DNA of 63,193 bases, filler included, from Dugesia japonica (GCA_001938525.1; 6 parts of 6 records of this genome joined end to end with filler, not necessarily neighbours in it), one strand, 5' to 3'. Shown: positions 14,078-29,160, counted from the first letter of the whole stretch. The notes: a model not told the origin generated them from the sequence alone. Numbers and translations: made by a program.

Positions 14078-14760
14078 CAGTAGAACCTCTGTAAATTGAT
14101 TAATATTTATTTTTTGATTGTAAAATACGGGAATAGGCTTTAAAGTCAAAATTTGGCAAAACTGACCATTGATAAAAGATTTTTTAATAACTTTTACTTA
14201 ATTTTGAAAATGTTGAAACTAAAAAATATAAGGTCGAAATTGATAAATAAAAAGTAGAAAATTTTGTTTCAATAAATATTTTCCGTGTATTTTTAATTTA
14301 AAATAGAATGAAAAAAATGTCACAGAGGAAATTGACCGAAGAATATGGCGTTATTGAAATAGCTATCCAAAAGATATGGGCCAATAAAAATTTGAATAAT
14401 ATGCAAAATAAAAATAAGGTTAAAAATAAAATTTCCCGTTTAGAAATAAAAATGATATGTTTGATAAACTAAAAAGTTACGGCATTTTTATTTTTGGTCC
14501 TATTAACGATTTTAAGTATTTCTCTAAATGGTTACATAAATAACATTCTTGTCTTCAGAAAATTGATAGGAGATGTAGTATTTCCAACTTACANAATGCG
14601 ATTATAATTGTAAATATTATTAAATGAAAGTTATCAAAAATGTTTCCAAAGAAACTGCTTTATTTTAAAAAAACAATGGCTTTTTCGAAGAAACTTGAGT
14701 GTTAAAAATGTGAAGTGTGCAAAGGATTTTAGCGATTTTAAATTGGGACACTCTTTTTTA
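14078..14760 (+). mobile_element. Highly decayed pogo/Tigger element, 5' part
   Basis: ta-cagtagaacctctgtaaattga end; KKMSQRKLTEEYGVIEIAIQKIW resembles a CENP-B/psq HTH. Confidence 0.55.
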
Positions 14761-15362
14761 TGTGGCCATAAATCTGTCATGTCCAACACTCTGATCCTGT
14801 TCTTTTCGTATCATCTTCGATATTTCTGTTCCTGTTTACAGTAACTTCTCCACAAGCAATTCCCGCGTAACTCTTCACTACGGTAATTAGTTTTCTTCTT
14901 TCTATTTTCTCTACTAAAGATAGATTTTCTTTTATATCTTCAACTTCCTTCAATTTCCAGATAATCGTTTCTTCTTCTGCTTCTTTGCTATCTGAGCAAA
15001 TTATTAGCATCTTTGCCATGAATTTTTAATTGGATCGATAAGTATTTCAAACTCATCTATGCTAATAATTTGAAATTTTTAAATTTTCTAACTTTGTTTT
15101 ATGAAGTTAAGTAAATTATTTATTAAACTATTTTAGTTAACAGCTTAGGTAGAATTATCAAAAAATTTAACTGTCTCAAACTATTATTATATTATTATTA
15201 TTATTATATTATTATTTTATTATAATTATTGTTAATATTATTATTAATAATAATAATCTCTAAAATGAAGACTGTGAATCAAATAAAGAAATTTATTAAA
15301 TTAAACTATAAATAATTCTATTTGTTTTTCTTGATTCATTTTGTACTTCAATTCATTTCCCC

Positions 15363-15385
15363 ATAATAATATTAATAATAATAAT

Positions 15386-15436
<51 letters not shown>

Positions 15437-15486
15437 NNNNNNNNNNNNNNNNNNNNNNNNNNNNNNNNNNNNNNNNNNNNNNNNNN

Positions 15487-15538
<52 letters not shown>
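15363..15538. repeat. (AAT)n microsatellite spanning a gap
   Basis: Direct repeat. Confidence 0.95.
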
Positions 15539-15539
<1 letters not shown>

Positions 15540-15986
15540 TAATTTATACTAATCATAGTGTAGAACAAAAACTCGTATTACGTATTCATCACAATCTCTG
15601 AAGTTATTCTTTACAGCTTTCTATGAAAAAAATCCTTTCTCTTAAATTTTAAATTATTTCCCTTAAAATTTATTCCTATCAACACTTCATCAAAAAAATC
15701 CACCTCTTGACACGTTAATTGGTTGTTGGAAATCATTTTCAAGAAATGAGATTTTACAAAGTTAGTGTAAAAATATTAATTAATAATATAAATTAAAAGA
15801 AGTCAAACCTAAAATGAGTGAAAGTAAACTTTTTGTCAAATCAATATAACCAGATATATTTTCGAATTAAAATTATATAAATTAACTGAATATATTCAAT
15901 ATAGGCACGATTTTGATTTTAGTTGTTTTATTCTCATAATTCATGTTGAAAAATCTATTTTTTTAATAATAAATACAATCAATTAC

Positions 15987-16154
15987 TTTTCAATTGTTTA
16001 ATAGAAAATTCCGAATCGAAATAAAATGCATCGTCGAGAGGTGAACAAACTGGTTTGAACGGTGGTGAAATTTGACGGTTGTATAATTGAGTCCAATTAA
16101 TTGTAGAAAAGAATGGATGATTTTTTATGTCATCAATTCCATTTGTCCCATAAC
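15987..16154 (-). CDS. RPS6KA: Exon of p90 ribosomal S6 kinase (RSK)-type AGC kinase
   Basis: AG/GT bounded, phase 1-1; [50 protein letters not shown] matches the RSK N-terminal kinase end and AGC tail. Confidence 0.9.
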
Positions 16155-16411
16155 CTGTAATATTTAATCAATAATTTTACTAATCTCGAAAATCAATTAA
16201 TATTTGAAATTATTTTCAATAAAAAATAATAGATACTAAAAAATTTACATTTATTTACGATCGATAAATGGCATTGATAAATACCATTTTATCATGCACT
16301 AAAATTTAATTATAAAAGTTGACTTTAAATTATTTTACAAAAATCGATTAATAAACGATGAGTCATATCCAGGAAGAAATTTATTTTCATGCATTACACA
16401 AGTACAAATTA

Positions 16412-16591
<180 letters not shown>

Positions 16592-18279
16592 TTATATTTT
16601 TTTATTTTGATTGATTNTTAAATATTTCTTCATGCTTTATTTCATGGAGAACTCATGAATATCACCGCGAACAAAAACAAATAGTTTATTGATAGTAAAT
16701 ATATTAAACCAGTTAAAGTCTCAACAAAATGAATGCTTAGATTTAGAATTATGAAAGAGCCCAAAACGAAGACAGGTGTTGATGCACTCCGGTACGGATT
16801 AGACTTTATGACACTTCGAAGATCAACTAAAATAATATTCGGTTCATTTCTTGCGAGTATCTGATGGATTCTGAGGAGGATTGAGAAATGTAACTACTAA
16901 AGCTAGTTAATTGATCAGGAAGTCAATTAATAATAAAATAATCCACTTGTATATTATTTCGGTAGTTGTTTTTATATCAAGGATAAGCGAGCTTTTATTA
17001 NAAAGAGCCAACTACAAATTTAAAAACAAATATTCGGATCGAAACATTAAAATATGCACATCATAACAACCTTTTAACAAATTAGAATATTAGTGGCCAA
17101 GCATACATATTTATTCATAAAAAACTCCGTCATAAATTAACAATATTTATGCATAAACAAATAAAGTTGAATTTTGTAAATCTCCAATAATTTCCACACG
17201 AATTAGTATTGACTGTTTATATTGTTAAAATAAATAAAAACCTGCGTATTCCAATCGCAATTTTATAATTGATAAAAAAATATTATCTTCAAGAAAATAT
17301 CCAAATTGTAGTTACATGTTTCTTTTAAATAATTTCACAATTTCAGAAAATCTTAATGTTTAAAGAACTAAGGTTTTTTTAATATTCATAATTTCTTAAT
17401 AATTAAATTAATTTAAATTGAAAACTGGAAATATTCAGTTATTTATCCTGAAAAAAACAGTAAAAGATTATTATTATGGAAAATATCTTAGATAAATTTT
17501 AATGAGAAGTTTGGGATTGCTTCTTTGGTGTATATTTGTTGATATAGGTCATTCAGCCTCAAATGGTTGTCGATTTTAATTATTTTCATAGCTAAAAATA
17601 ATTGCTCACAAATATAAGTACTAACATAACTTGACATGATTTGCATTACATACGTGAATAATCGTCAAAAATTCAAAAATCCTGTAATTTCGATAAAATC
17701 TTTGGATGTTCACAATATGAAAGTTATTAATCAGTGTTGTTTTGAAAATTTATTAATTTCATTTGTAACTTGCTTTTTGCTTGTTTTTAGCACATTTTTT
17801 GGATAATAAAATTGCATAAATGCTTATAAAAATCACAAAATTTATTTTTGATCAATGCAATCAATATTGAAAATAAAATATACTGCCTATTTTTTTAATT
17901 AAAATGACAAACTAACAAGTCACAAACATAGTCAGGGCAAAAAACACAGAAAAAGGTTTTTTGATTTGTGAAAAACTTTTAGTTTGAGCCAAATAAAATA
18001 CAATGAATTCTAGTAAAACGCGATGTTTCGCGTTTTAAAGAATCGCGTTATACGAGATATATATTATNNNNNNNNNNNNNNNNNNNNNNNNNNNNNNNNN
18101 NNNNNNNNNNNNNNNNNNNNNNNNNNNNNNNNNNNNNNNNNNNNNNNNNNNNNNNNNNNNNNNNNNNNNNNNNNNNNNNNNNNNNNNNNNNNNNNNNNNN
18201 NNNNNNNNNNNNNNNNNNNNNNNNNNNNNNNNNNNNNNNNNNNNNNNNNNNNNNNNNNNNNNNNNNNNNNNNNNNNNNA

Positions 18280-18690
18280 TTAAATCACGAAAGGCGTTTT
18301 TAGCAGACTCTTTAAATTTGAATAATTTTCCCACCAAGAAGTTTTCGAATGTTTTGAAGAACTGATAGTCCATTAGAGAAAGGTCGGGTGAATACGGTGG
18401 GTTGTACAGATTTTCTAACTCAAATCCCCGCAGTTTGAACAGCGGTTGCGTAGCCAACATGTGGTTGAGTTTTGTCTTATTAAAGAATTTGCCTGTCTCT
18501 ATTGACCGATTTGGGCTACTTAATTTCAAGCAATCTCATCATGTCGTCATATTGGTTGCAGTAGACATCTGTTTAACAGATTGACCAGATTTCAAAAAGT
18601 TGAAATGGATAATATCAGCGCCAGACCACCAAACAGATAACATTAACTACTTTTCAAGAATATTCGGCTTTGGAATTTGTTTTGGTACTT
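18280..18690 (-). mobile_element. mariner transposase remnant
   Basis: PPYSPDLSLMDYQFFKTFENFL and upstream MLSVWWSGADIIHF. Confidence 0.9.
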
Positions 18691-19724
18691 CATTTTAATA
18701 AGTGTTAAATAATGAAATAATTAAAAAAACTATTTTTTCTCTTAAATATTCAAATGTGTACATGTATTATTTTTATTCTTTTTATAAACTATATTTTTAA
18801 ACTGTTGGCTTCACTTTGGTTTTCCTTTCAAAAAATCTGAAACTTTACGAAAAAGTTAAATTTATCTTGCGCGTTATACGGGTATACACTGTTTATCTAT
18901 TTTTTTAATCACAGTAAGCTGTGACAAGCCGTGTGTTGCTTATCCAGGTTTTATATGTAAACATTGTTTTAAAACTTAAATATTTTGTTAAGTTGCTCCT
19001 TGGTGCCTAAAAGTGTAGTTCTATATAAATCCACATAATTTTATTGGGTGATCTTTGTTTTATATTTTTTAGCTCAAAGATGTTTTTAAAATTAAATTTG
19101 ACTTTGGATTTATGTATAGTCTTCAATAATAATTTATTTTTGTACTGATTTGTTATATTGTACATTTTAAAGTGAAGAATCATTACCTATAAATCGATTT
19201 TTTATAAAGATGTTAAGGCACAATTAAAAATATAAATAAAAAATTATGGTAATATTAATTTTTCAAAGTCTGAAATATTAAGCTGTTGATCGTATTGAAT
19301 AATATAAACATATTGGCATGAGATTCGTTCCCAGCGGTAATCGATAAAATGGATATTGGGGATAAATTCATTATTTCATTTGACATAAATTGAATTAGTT
19401 GAAATTTTTTTTTTGTCGTTCAACAAATACAAATAATAATTTTAGAAAATTAATTTTTATGATAACAATAAATGAAAAATAAATAACCACAATAATGTCA
19501 AATAATTAATATTCTTCATAGACAATTATTTATATTAGTATTTGGTCATAATAAATGAAATTTGAAATCAGACGACCTAGTAAAGAAGAATACAACTAAA
19601 AATTAATAACAGCAATTGTACTAATTAAAAGAATAATCCAAAAAAATAGAAAAAAAATATTATTAATTATGATAAATATTATTATGAAAAAATGTCAAGT
19701 TTCCACTAATAACAATTGAATCAA

Positions 19725-19756
<32 letters not shown>

Positions 19757-20914
19757 TAATAATAATTCATTTAAAATAAAATCAAAATTTGTTTTTTTTT
19801 GTTTTTGATAACAATTCTATATTTCGCATTTGTCTTCGTCTAAAAATTACTAAATAATAATAATAATAATTATAGGAATAATAGTATTAATTATATTAAT
19901 ATAATTAATTAATATTAAAATTAATAATTTTAATATCAATATTATTATTATTATTTATTATTATTATTATTATATCAATAATAAATATATTTTTCTCTGT
20001 AATATATATTTAATCCGAATAATATTTAAATAAATGCATAAAATGAAGATAATTTTTTCAACGTAAAATAAGTCTATTAATTGATTTTACTATTGTGAAT
20101 ATTACGAATGCTTAAATAAAACTATTAAAAACTATTTATTTTAATAAAATATATTTATTTTCATTTTCTAGATTTCGTTTTTATTGCTTCATAATAAAAA
20201 ATTAAAGAATATTCAAAAAACTTCACTAAAACATCTTCAAATTTATGGATTATCCAATCAAAATTTTCTTTTTTTCTAAAATTCGTAAGTACTTATTTGG
20301 ATTAAAAATTTAAGCTTTTTAAATAATTTTAATTAAAAAAACATTTCATTAAATAATATTCCTTTATTTCTAATTATATTAAACAGATTTTTCATAGAAC
20401 AATATACAAAACAATAGCGTTGTAAAAAAGAATATTTCTTTAATCATAATCAAATAAAAATTTGGAGAGTTGCCAATTTAGATTTCAATTTAATTTAAAA
20501 TTCCACCAATAATAAATTGACCTTCATACAGATATTAAACATATAAAAATTATTTATATGAATATTGACTTAAGTATTTTAAAAGAAATTTTCAATAAGG
20601 TTTTTTTAAAGGTCTAGTAGATCGTTAAAATCGGCATAAGTTCGTAAAAATGAATTTCCGTTACATAAATGATAATAAAATCTATTACAATGGACTTGGT
20701 AAATTCAAATTTGTAACAACTCCCACACTGTAAGTTGACAAAGATTTCATTTGTCGATTCATTTTCTATGTCATACAACGAAAAACTGACAATTTTTGTT
20801 TCTATTTATATCCATTGTTTTATTATTTATGTATTTCATTTTTAATTTTAAACATAGATTAATGATTTTTTTGGCATTTCAATTTTAATTCACTGTAAAG
20901 AAATATTATACAAT

Positions 20915-21350
20915 TGGTTGTCAAAGAGCCACTTTTGTGGTGAAACTTGTCCGACGTGATTCTTTCAGCTTGTAAACAGACTTTCGTCGATTTAAATTGT
21001 TGTACTAGGTTCTTCAATAATAACAGCATTTTATATAAGTGTATCAACACCTATCTTCCACACGTAATTGTTCCAATCGATAACTACTTGCAGTGTAATT
21101 AAGATTCTCAAAATTTAATGCTTGTCATCTCTTTCGACAAACAGTATATGAAAAGAATGATGTCTGTAAGTGAGACGTGATGCCTCNAGCCAAGTGTCCT
21201 GCCAAACAGGGATATCGTGCTGGCAGTTAGTACGGTGGCATCTCCAATGATCCTGTCGGTAAGTCAACGATAAAATCATGATAGCACATCGTCAGAAATC
21301 ATGTGAGTTGCTGTAGAAACAAGACGCTATTCACTTTATCATGAACCAAC
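20915..21350 (-). mobile_element. Merlin / IS1595 (ISXO2-like) transposase remnant
   Basis: Minus strand gives TWLEASRL, VVIDWNNY and EPSTTI*IDESLFTS*KNHVGQVSPQKWLF, matching Merlin VEIDES...WVFG; multiple stops. Confidence 0.75.
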
Positions 21351-22206
21351 GCTGAAATTGTCAAAAAATCCGTGGCATCTATAAAAGCATGTTTTATTAT
21401 TTAACCGGAAAAAATAACATGGATAAAAATAAATAAAATTAAACTTAATAGTCAAGTAAATAAAGAATACAGTGAAATAAAATAGAAAGGCTAATAATTT
21501 TTTTGTGGTGAATTAAAATTGAAGTCCTCATTTTATTCCAAAAATTGACGTTGAATTTATTTTTCAATCAATAAAATCAATTTTATTATTCTTTAAAATA
21601 TAATTTCATCTATCAGTTAATGTGATACTGTCAACTCAATTTTCCATTAAAATTATCAGTATTTTTGAACACTTAAACAAATTAATTCACTTTTTAAACA
21701 TCTTTCATTAATTTTTATTTAAAAATTAATTTAATCAAACACAATCTAAGATGAAAATCAACAACCAATTTTAGATTCATCAAAATTTAAGAAAATAATT
21801 TCAGATTAAATTTATGTAAAATAATTGCAATCAAACAATTTATAATTATTCAAAATATAAAAGAACATCTAAAAACAATTTGAAATTAATTTAATTATTT
21901 TGTACAATTATCCAATCTAATTAAATTTTAAAAAAACCAAATTTAAACCTAAATTTTTAAATAAAATTATTTTAAAAATTCCTTCCAAAAAACGTGTTAA
22001 ATTAAAAAATTCCAAAGGTTAAGATTTTTATCACCTTAGAGATTAAATTTAAATTTTTACTTAACATGTTTCTGGTTGCTATGTTCGAATTATTATAATA
22101 TCCATTACAAATAATTGGGAAAAAAACAAAAGAAACACCAGAAAATTCAAATATATATATAAAACATAAAATTTTCAAATGACATAAATCGAAAAGTTTT
22201 TTAACT

Positions 22207-22363
22207 AGATTTTATTAAATTAAAAGCTTCGATCAAAATGTTGTTTTTTAAATATTTTTTAAAATTTAATTTATGAAGAAGACAAAGGTTGAAAATTCAA
22301 AATACTAACTAAAAAATATTTATAAAAAAAATTTTGATCGAAGTTTTTAATTTAATAAAATCT
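22207..22363. mobile_element. Foldback MITE (related copies near 55923-56060 and 58326-58463)
   Basis: About 30-bp inverted ends agattttattaaattaaaagcttcgatcaaaa / ttttgatcgaagtttttaatttaataaaatct. Confidence 0.8.
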
Positions 22364-22369
22364 CATACA

Positions 22370-23010
22370 CGATCAGCAGTTACGTTAAAAAATTATTCTT
22401 CCAATAATTGTAATTGCTTAACTATATTGTCCAACGTATTCCAGCCATGAAATTCTGGATTGTAAAATTGATCTGATCAAAACAATTGCGATAATTTAGA
22501 TGAAAAGAATTGNNNNNNNNNNNNNNNNNNNNNNNNNNNNNNNNNNNNNNNNNNNNNNNNNNGGTAATTTATCTTTTCAACTAAAACTTTTAATCAATTA
22601 AATCTACTTAAAGTTAATTTTTAAAGTAGCCATATATGAATATTCTATCAAGTAAAAAAATAGAGGCAAGACTCAAATGGTTATATTTACCATAAAAACG
22701 GTGTTTAAAAAAAGCTGTTACATGACTTATGTCTAAATTCTTCCCATGCTCCCAAGTTGTTGCGTGTGGACCTGCTTCAATTATCACCTTCAAATTGTTC
22801 TTGACCAACTTTTGATTGACGTTTCCGACCTTCGCCATCTTCAAGGCTCTCATCTCCACTCCTGATTTTTTAAACCAAAATTGCACCGTTCTTTCTTTTG
22901 CAGTTTAATTGCCGAATGCGTTGTTGAATTTCAGAGTCGTCTCTGCTGATTTAGATTCAAGTTTAAATTCATATAGGAATATTGTTCGTATTTGATATTT
23001 GCAACAATGT
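22370..23010 (-). mobile_element. mariner element remnant (N-terminal HTH and C-terminal end)
   Basis: QIRTIFLYEFKL...NNAFG..TAKERTVQFWFKK resembles the Hsmar/SETMAR HTH. Confidence 0.82.
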
Positions 23011-23152
23011 GGGATGGCAGAACGGACACTGTAATGGCAAATTGCAAGTAATCTAACTTTTTTAAACATACAATATTTAATTTAGTATTTTCACTTCCTA
23101 GATGAATAACAAGTTAGCATGTATTCATGAAAACTTTATATTTAATTGCACT

Positions 23153-23252
23153 NNNNNNNNNNNNNNNNNNNNNNNNNNNNNNNNNNNNNNNNNNNNTTAA
23201 TTAATTAANNNNNNNNNNNNNNNNNNNNNNNNNNNNNNNNNNNNNNNNNNNN
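23153..23252. other. Artificial 100-nt contig spacer
   Basis: N44-TTAATTAATTAA-N44. Confidence 0.95.
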
Positions 23253-26200
23253 TTAAAATAAAAATCAACCCCCCTAGTTATTGAACCAAGTAAATTACAA
23301 AATTAGAAAGGGTAAAACCCCAACATTATTATTATAATTTATATTTATAACCTTACGCGCATATAATTTTCGAAGTATAATTTGGAGTCAGATTAAATAA
23401 ATGATAAATTGTTATTTCTCCCCACAAGATCTAACAAAACGAAAAAATAATATAATGTAAAGTTGCTATTTTTTGGCTAAGGATATGAGTAATTCACTAC
23501 TTACTGTCTTTGGATAAGGATTTCAGTGATTAATTTCTTTTTCTGTTATTTTCGGCGGTTTTCCGGATTTGTAATTTAATTTTTTATTCCAATTTAAATG
23601 TAGTGAAATATAAAATACAAACAATAGCATTACATGCAGTATGAAGAACAAGTCGATTATGTTGTTTATCATTTTTTCGCACAGTAGACTATAGACGCAC
23701 TGTCCTTTTGAGAAAATACGACACCATTGTTATATTTTTTCTAAAACAAAAATAACTGCTATTTACCAGTCGGGTCTTTTTTGGTAAGAATTCTCTTGGT
23801 ATACACTGCTTATTTTTCTAAAGTTCTAACTAGAATCAAACAATTTGATAAATGTGATTCCACTAGTGGTATATTAGTGATAAAATTGACGAATGTTAGG
23901 TTTCAATAAGCTACAAAATATANTTCACATAGTTTTTCTATAATATTTTGTGCCTAGTTCTGGGCTCAAACTCTATGCTCTTTACCTAATTATGGTATTC
24001 CGAGAAGTAGGTAACTTGTTGCAGTATCACAGATCCACCACACTTTCATATCTTATTTGTCTGACATGTTAGGTATATTTGGAATTAGCTGCTCGTTCAT
24101 TATTTACTTTGAACCTGGCATATAATATTTCTGCAAATTTGTTGGGGGTTCATCTAGGTGGGTTAAAATTTAATTGTGTCTAAGGTGGTCTGACCTAGTC
24201 AAACCCCGCGAAGAATTTGATCTAGTGTCCGAAAAACTAGATTTTCGGAATAGAGCCCGACAGACTCGCATTCCTTTGGTTTGGGCTCTTATTTAATTAT
24301 ACTTGCTTTACGCGATGAAGCGCACTTAATCCTNNNNNNNNNNNNNNNNNNNNNNNNNNNNNNNNNNNNNNNNNNNNNNNNNNAATCATAATGATATCAG
24401 ATCTCTGTTGCTCTTATAGCTATCCTGTTGTTAGATCATCGGAAGATTATTACGAGAATTTTTAGAATTATCTTTAAAGGTTGTTGGTGGGAGTTAAAAA
24501 TCGTGTCATATGGAACGTTGGAGTTTATTATTATTTCCATCCCAACGCTATATTCTCATTAATTAGTTCAATTATTATAGATTGGTTGATTATAAATTAT
24601 GGTACAATCGCAGACTATTCCGGCTAGTATTTGTCTGCTATTGAAGACTAATTTTACAATTATTAGAATTTAGCACTATTCTTTAAGGAATACTATATCG
24701 GGTAACCCTATCATGATCATTCATTTATTAACAGTATTAATTATTAGAGTTTTGATATCATTTCTATATTTATTATCAATACTACGTACCCCAAAGATTG
24801 CCCAGTAAGGTTTATTCACTATTGTTTAATTTAAACGGGGAATATATTTATTTTATAATTAAAGATCATTATCGTTATTGGTCAATATCAATAGAATCAT
24901 TATTGAGCATTATTAATAAATCGTTTATAAATATTTTAATTAACGTATTTCATTTACGGAAAGTCATTTAACATTATTCAACTGTAATATTAACATTGAA
25001 TAACTTTAAGAATTATTTATTATTATCTTTTATAAAAGAATGTTACTTAACATTATCAGTTAATGGAAATTTTTTATTTACTTTAATAATTACTAATGCA
25101 TTATAAAAAGAAATCAATTATTGAAAATTATATTAATAGTAAAACTTTATTAACTGTTAAATTACAAAATTACACAAATAAACAATAACTAACATGGGCC
25201 ATTGATCGATCCGGAGCAAGCGCCTGATTGATTGATGTTACCATGACGACCTGGTTGCACTAAATCTACTTGATATTGATTGTTTTTCTTATACCCACTC
25301 ATGCGCAATTAGTTATTTTACTACTAATCCAATGGATTTTCCGCCAACACACCAATTCATTCTGGCAACAACTTGTTTATTCTACATGCATCCATGTGCC
25401 ACTAGTCATCTTACGACTAATCTATTTTTAGTTGTCATGCCAACTGGTTAATTTAATTTTTATATGTGTTGGTTCTGCCAAGTCGGAAACCGTTGTTGAA
25501 AAATAAAAAATTAGACAATTTCTTACCGCTTCAAAANNNNATAATTTCAATTGTTTATTTTAGTTGAAAATTTTATGATAATTGATGTCCAAAATTGAAT
25601 GGTATTTATACTAAATTCTAGTATGCTTTCTTTTTTCTCATTGGCCAGTGCATATGTTCTGATTTTTCTTGCGTTTCCATTCGACAAGATACTCAAATTC
25701 TGTCACCTGACTTCTTATTATTGGAAAAACNNNNNNNNNNNNNNNNNNNNNNNNNNNNNNNNNNNNNNNNNNNNNNNNNATCTAGCCATGGTCTTCTGGT
25801 TTAGATTTTTGAAATCTCTGATTTTTTCTGAACTATAATTTTCTTTAGCGATAATTTTTTTCTTAACCGTAAGCCTTTTTTTTGATATTTCTGTATAAAT
25901 TAAATTTTTTTTTATAATAAATTATTTTAATTTATATAATTTATTCTATTTAATAAAATAAATGATTTATTTTCTTTTCTTCATAATTCATTAATTGGAT
26001 TGTCGATTTTCGTTTTTAAATTGAATTTTAATTTAATTCAGTCGTTTTATTTTAATAATTGATTTGTTAAATTATTTTCTTCCTCTTCAATTATTATTTT
26101 AATTTAATTTTCTTTATTTCGCCTAATGAATTGATTGCTTGGTTATTGTTTGTAATTTTCTTTGTCTTCTATCTGTAGTTTGTTTCTGTCGTTTCTGTTC

Positions 26201-27488
26201 TTTTCGTTTACTAAGTTATTCCTTTTATTTCCAGATTTTTTTAGTTATGGCACAGTTTTTAATTTTCTACTCATTTCTTCTTCAACTAATTTTTCCCGAC
26301 CTTTTATCGGTTAGATTCTTCCTTTTTCTTTTTCATGTCCTTTTTTCAACTTCTGTCCTATTCATTGCCATTATTATTTCTTATACTAGGTGTTTCACCC
26401 CAACAAATTTATCTCAATTTATCTTTAGCTTGTCTCTAAGATCAAATCTTAAAAACCAATTCAACAAAATTTAACCTTCTTTGCCTATTGTGGTCTAGAA
26501 TAATAGGTTTCCGAAAATCGGATCCTAAATCTTTTGAAATCTAAACTTTACTTTGTTTATTTATTCCAACAGTAAATAATAAACCTAAAAACGTTTTTAA
26601 TTCGTTTAGGTCTGTATTTTTCCATTTCGTTCTAATTGTTCAATTAGTTTCAAAATGTGTAAAGAATACTGTTTTATTGTGATCCTCAGCATAAGCATGG
26701 TGGAATTAGAATTTGGGCAAACATGCTTTTGCTAAAATGAAAGACAAAATGGGTGAAATACAGACTACAGCAACCACAGTGACATGTTCTGTAAGTATGG
26801 AGCTTCAATCTGATGTTCTTTTAGCTTTAACAAAAAAAGATTCTCTTAAGCAAACTTTGCAGCGAAAATGCAGTCGGATTCAGAATTGACATATCTTCTT
26901 TCATATGTATTTAATAAAGTTTTTAATGATTTCCCACCAGTTTCCACATATTCCTACAAACATGGTTGAAAGGCCAACAAGACATTTCTAGCAATACCAA
27001 TCCAGAAATTGACATTTTGTGAAGTGTGGACTTTAAATGATAAAGCTTCGGATTTTTTGGTGCTACATATTCAACAATTATACCGATTTACAAATAATTT
27101 TCCTTTTTGTTTAATTTCCAACGAACCTGGATATACGATTGATGCCGAGATATCAACGACACAATTTCCATCATTTATTTAATAGTCAGCATTTTAAATT
27201 TTGGTTTCTCGAATATTAAAGCAAATGACAATTTGATATACTTTAACTAAATGAAAACTGAAAATGTCAATATTATTAATATGTATGCATCATACAATCC
27301 TATATTTTTTTTATTATTCAGGTAATAAAAAAATATAGGAGAAACTTATCAAACACAAAAAATAATAAACCAATATAATAAATATATTTCATTAAAAAAA
27401 TTCACAGCCTTTAAAAATTGATTATTGGATTCCTTTCGAAAATTGAGCATTTATAAAATGAAAAATATATAAAATTAAAAGATATGTT

Positions 27489-27588
27489 TCATCGAAGCAT
27501 CGACGTAGAGTGAAATTCGCCTAAAGATACCGTATGCAAAACTTGACGAACAGCTTCTTTGCCAGCAGACCCACTTTGAAGATAATCA
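27489..27588 (-). CDS. Possible terminal exon of an unidentified host gene
   Basis: Strong acceptor ttattttttcag followed by an open frame DYLQSGSAGKEAVRQVLHTVSLGEFHSTSMLR-TGA with raised GC; no family recognised. Confidence 0.35.
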
Positions 27589-29073
27589 CTGAAAAAATAA
27601 GATAATTAAAAAAAACAAAATATGGTTTCTAATATTTTAATCCGGGGAAATAATTTTAAAGTTATTAAACAGTTTTATAATAAATTAAAACTAAAACAAC
27701 TAAATTTTGGGATTTATCTTGAAAAACACAAAAATAAAAGCCGTTTTTTTAAAATTAAATACGCAATCAAAACGTCATTTTCAGCATTATTAAATTTTGG
27801 CCCATTTCAATCAAACTAAAATTTTGTTCATTTAAGCGGAATTTATATCAATATTAAACAGCAAAAATTGGCCATTAAAAATAGCCCCAGTTGATTAATT
27901 GGAGGTTAAAACTAAGTGGATAAATTTCACTCGTTTAACCAGATTTCATTGTATTTCTAATGAATCAATAGAATATCAATATAGATCGTTTTCGTTGTAT
28001 GTTTGTAGGGAAATAACGCTTTAGTTAAACAAAATATTATTAAAACAATGAATACATTTTCTAGAAAAAATTAACCCTTTGTGCAATAATCACGAGTCTG
28101 ACTCGTGTAGAGTTAAATGTGCTTTGCGAAACAATCACATGTTAGACTCGTGATAATAATCTAAATAAAATGAATACAATTTTTTATTTTGCTGTTATTA
28201 AATTTCTTTTAAATTAATAAAACCACAAGACAAAATTATGCACCATATATAATTGAAATAGAAAAAAACTATAATATGGATAATAAGCTTAGCCATAAAT
28301 AGAGAAGTTTATACATATTTTAAAAGATATTATTACAGTAAAACTCAACTTTAAATAGAAAATTAATTAAAATTATTCAATTGAAAATATTATTTTGTAC
28401 TGTAAGAAATTAAAGTCGAGCATAAAATTAAACTTCGAATTTAATAAAATTAGAAATTAAATGGAATTTACTATTAATTTGTTAGAAATATGTAAAAATT
28501 ATTAATGTTTGAAACATTGAATATTTTAGAAGTTCTGAAGCAGGAGAATCAAAAATTCTAAATACATAATTTGCTACGCCAGTGTGCGAATTGTTCTGAA
28601 CGCTCGAGTTAATATCAATTTTAATTTTGAAAAATTTCAATAGTATAAATAAAAATTATTTATATATATATATATAAATTTATTATTTTTTTAGACCATC
28701 ATGGAATTGTTAAACAACTAAAATTTCCCTTAAAAACCGTCATTTTTGACGAGTAATAAAATAAAATTTATTAAAAACATTTGTCAGCAGTTGTCTCATC
28801 CTTGGATTAATAAAATAATTCGAATTATACAAAAGTTATTATTAATAAATTTAGAAAATTAAATTCATTTAAAAATGAAGATATTACGAAATATTGGTAT
28901 ATTAAAATTCTGGACACATACAAACTTTATATGTTGTGAGAATAGAAGCTGTAAAGTCAATAAGTCATATTAGTGAACAAATAAAAATACAATTTAGGAC
29001 AATCATGGAAATGTAGTTCAAGTGTATTTTATCAACATAAAGCATTTAGAATATATATAATTATTAGCAAATA

Positions 29074-29160
29074 TAGTCGAACCTCCTTATAACGTCATCC
29101 ATCGGGACCGGGACTGAGTGACGTTATCGGAAGGTTTGATGTTATAGAGAGGTTCGACTG
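29074..29160. mobile_element. 87-bp pogo/Tigger-type MITE
   Basis: TIRs tagtcgaacctc..tataac / gttata..gaggttcgactg, flanked by TA. Confidence 0.85.

Noticed and set aside
23600-24300. Possible decayed gag-like region on the minus strand
   Set aside because: Many stops and no unambiguous motif
26720-26880. Possible MULE transposase fragment (LALTKKDSLKQTLQRK)
   Set aside because: Single short weak resemblance with no catalytic motifs or TIRs
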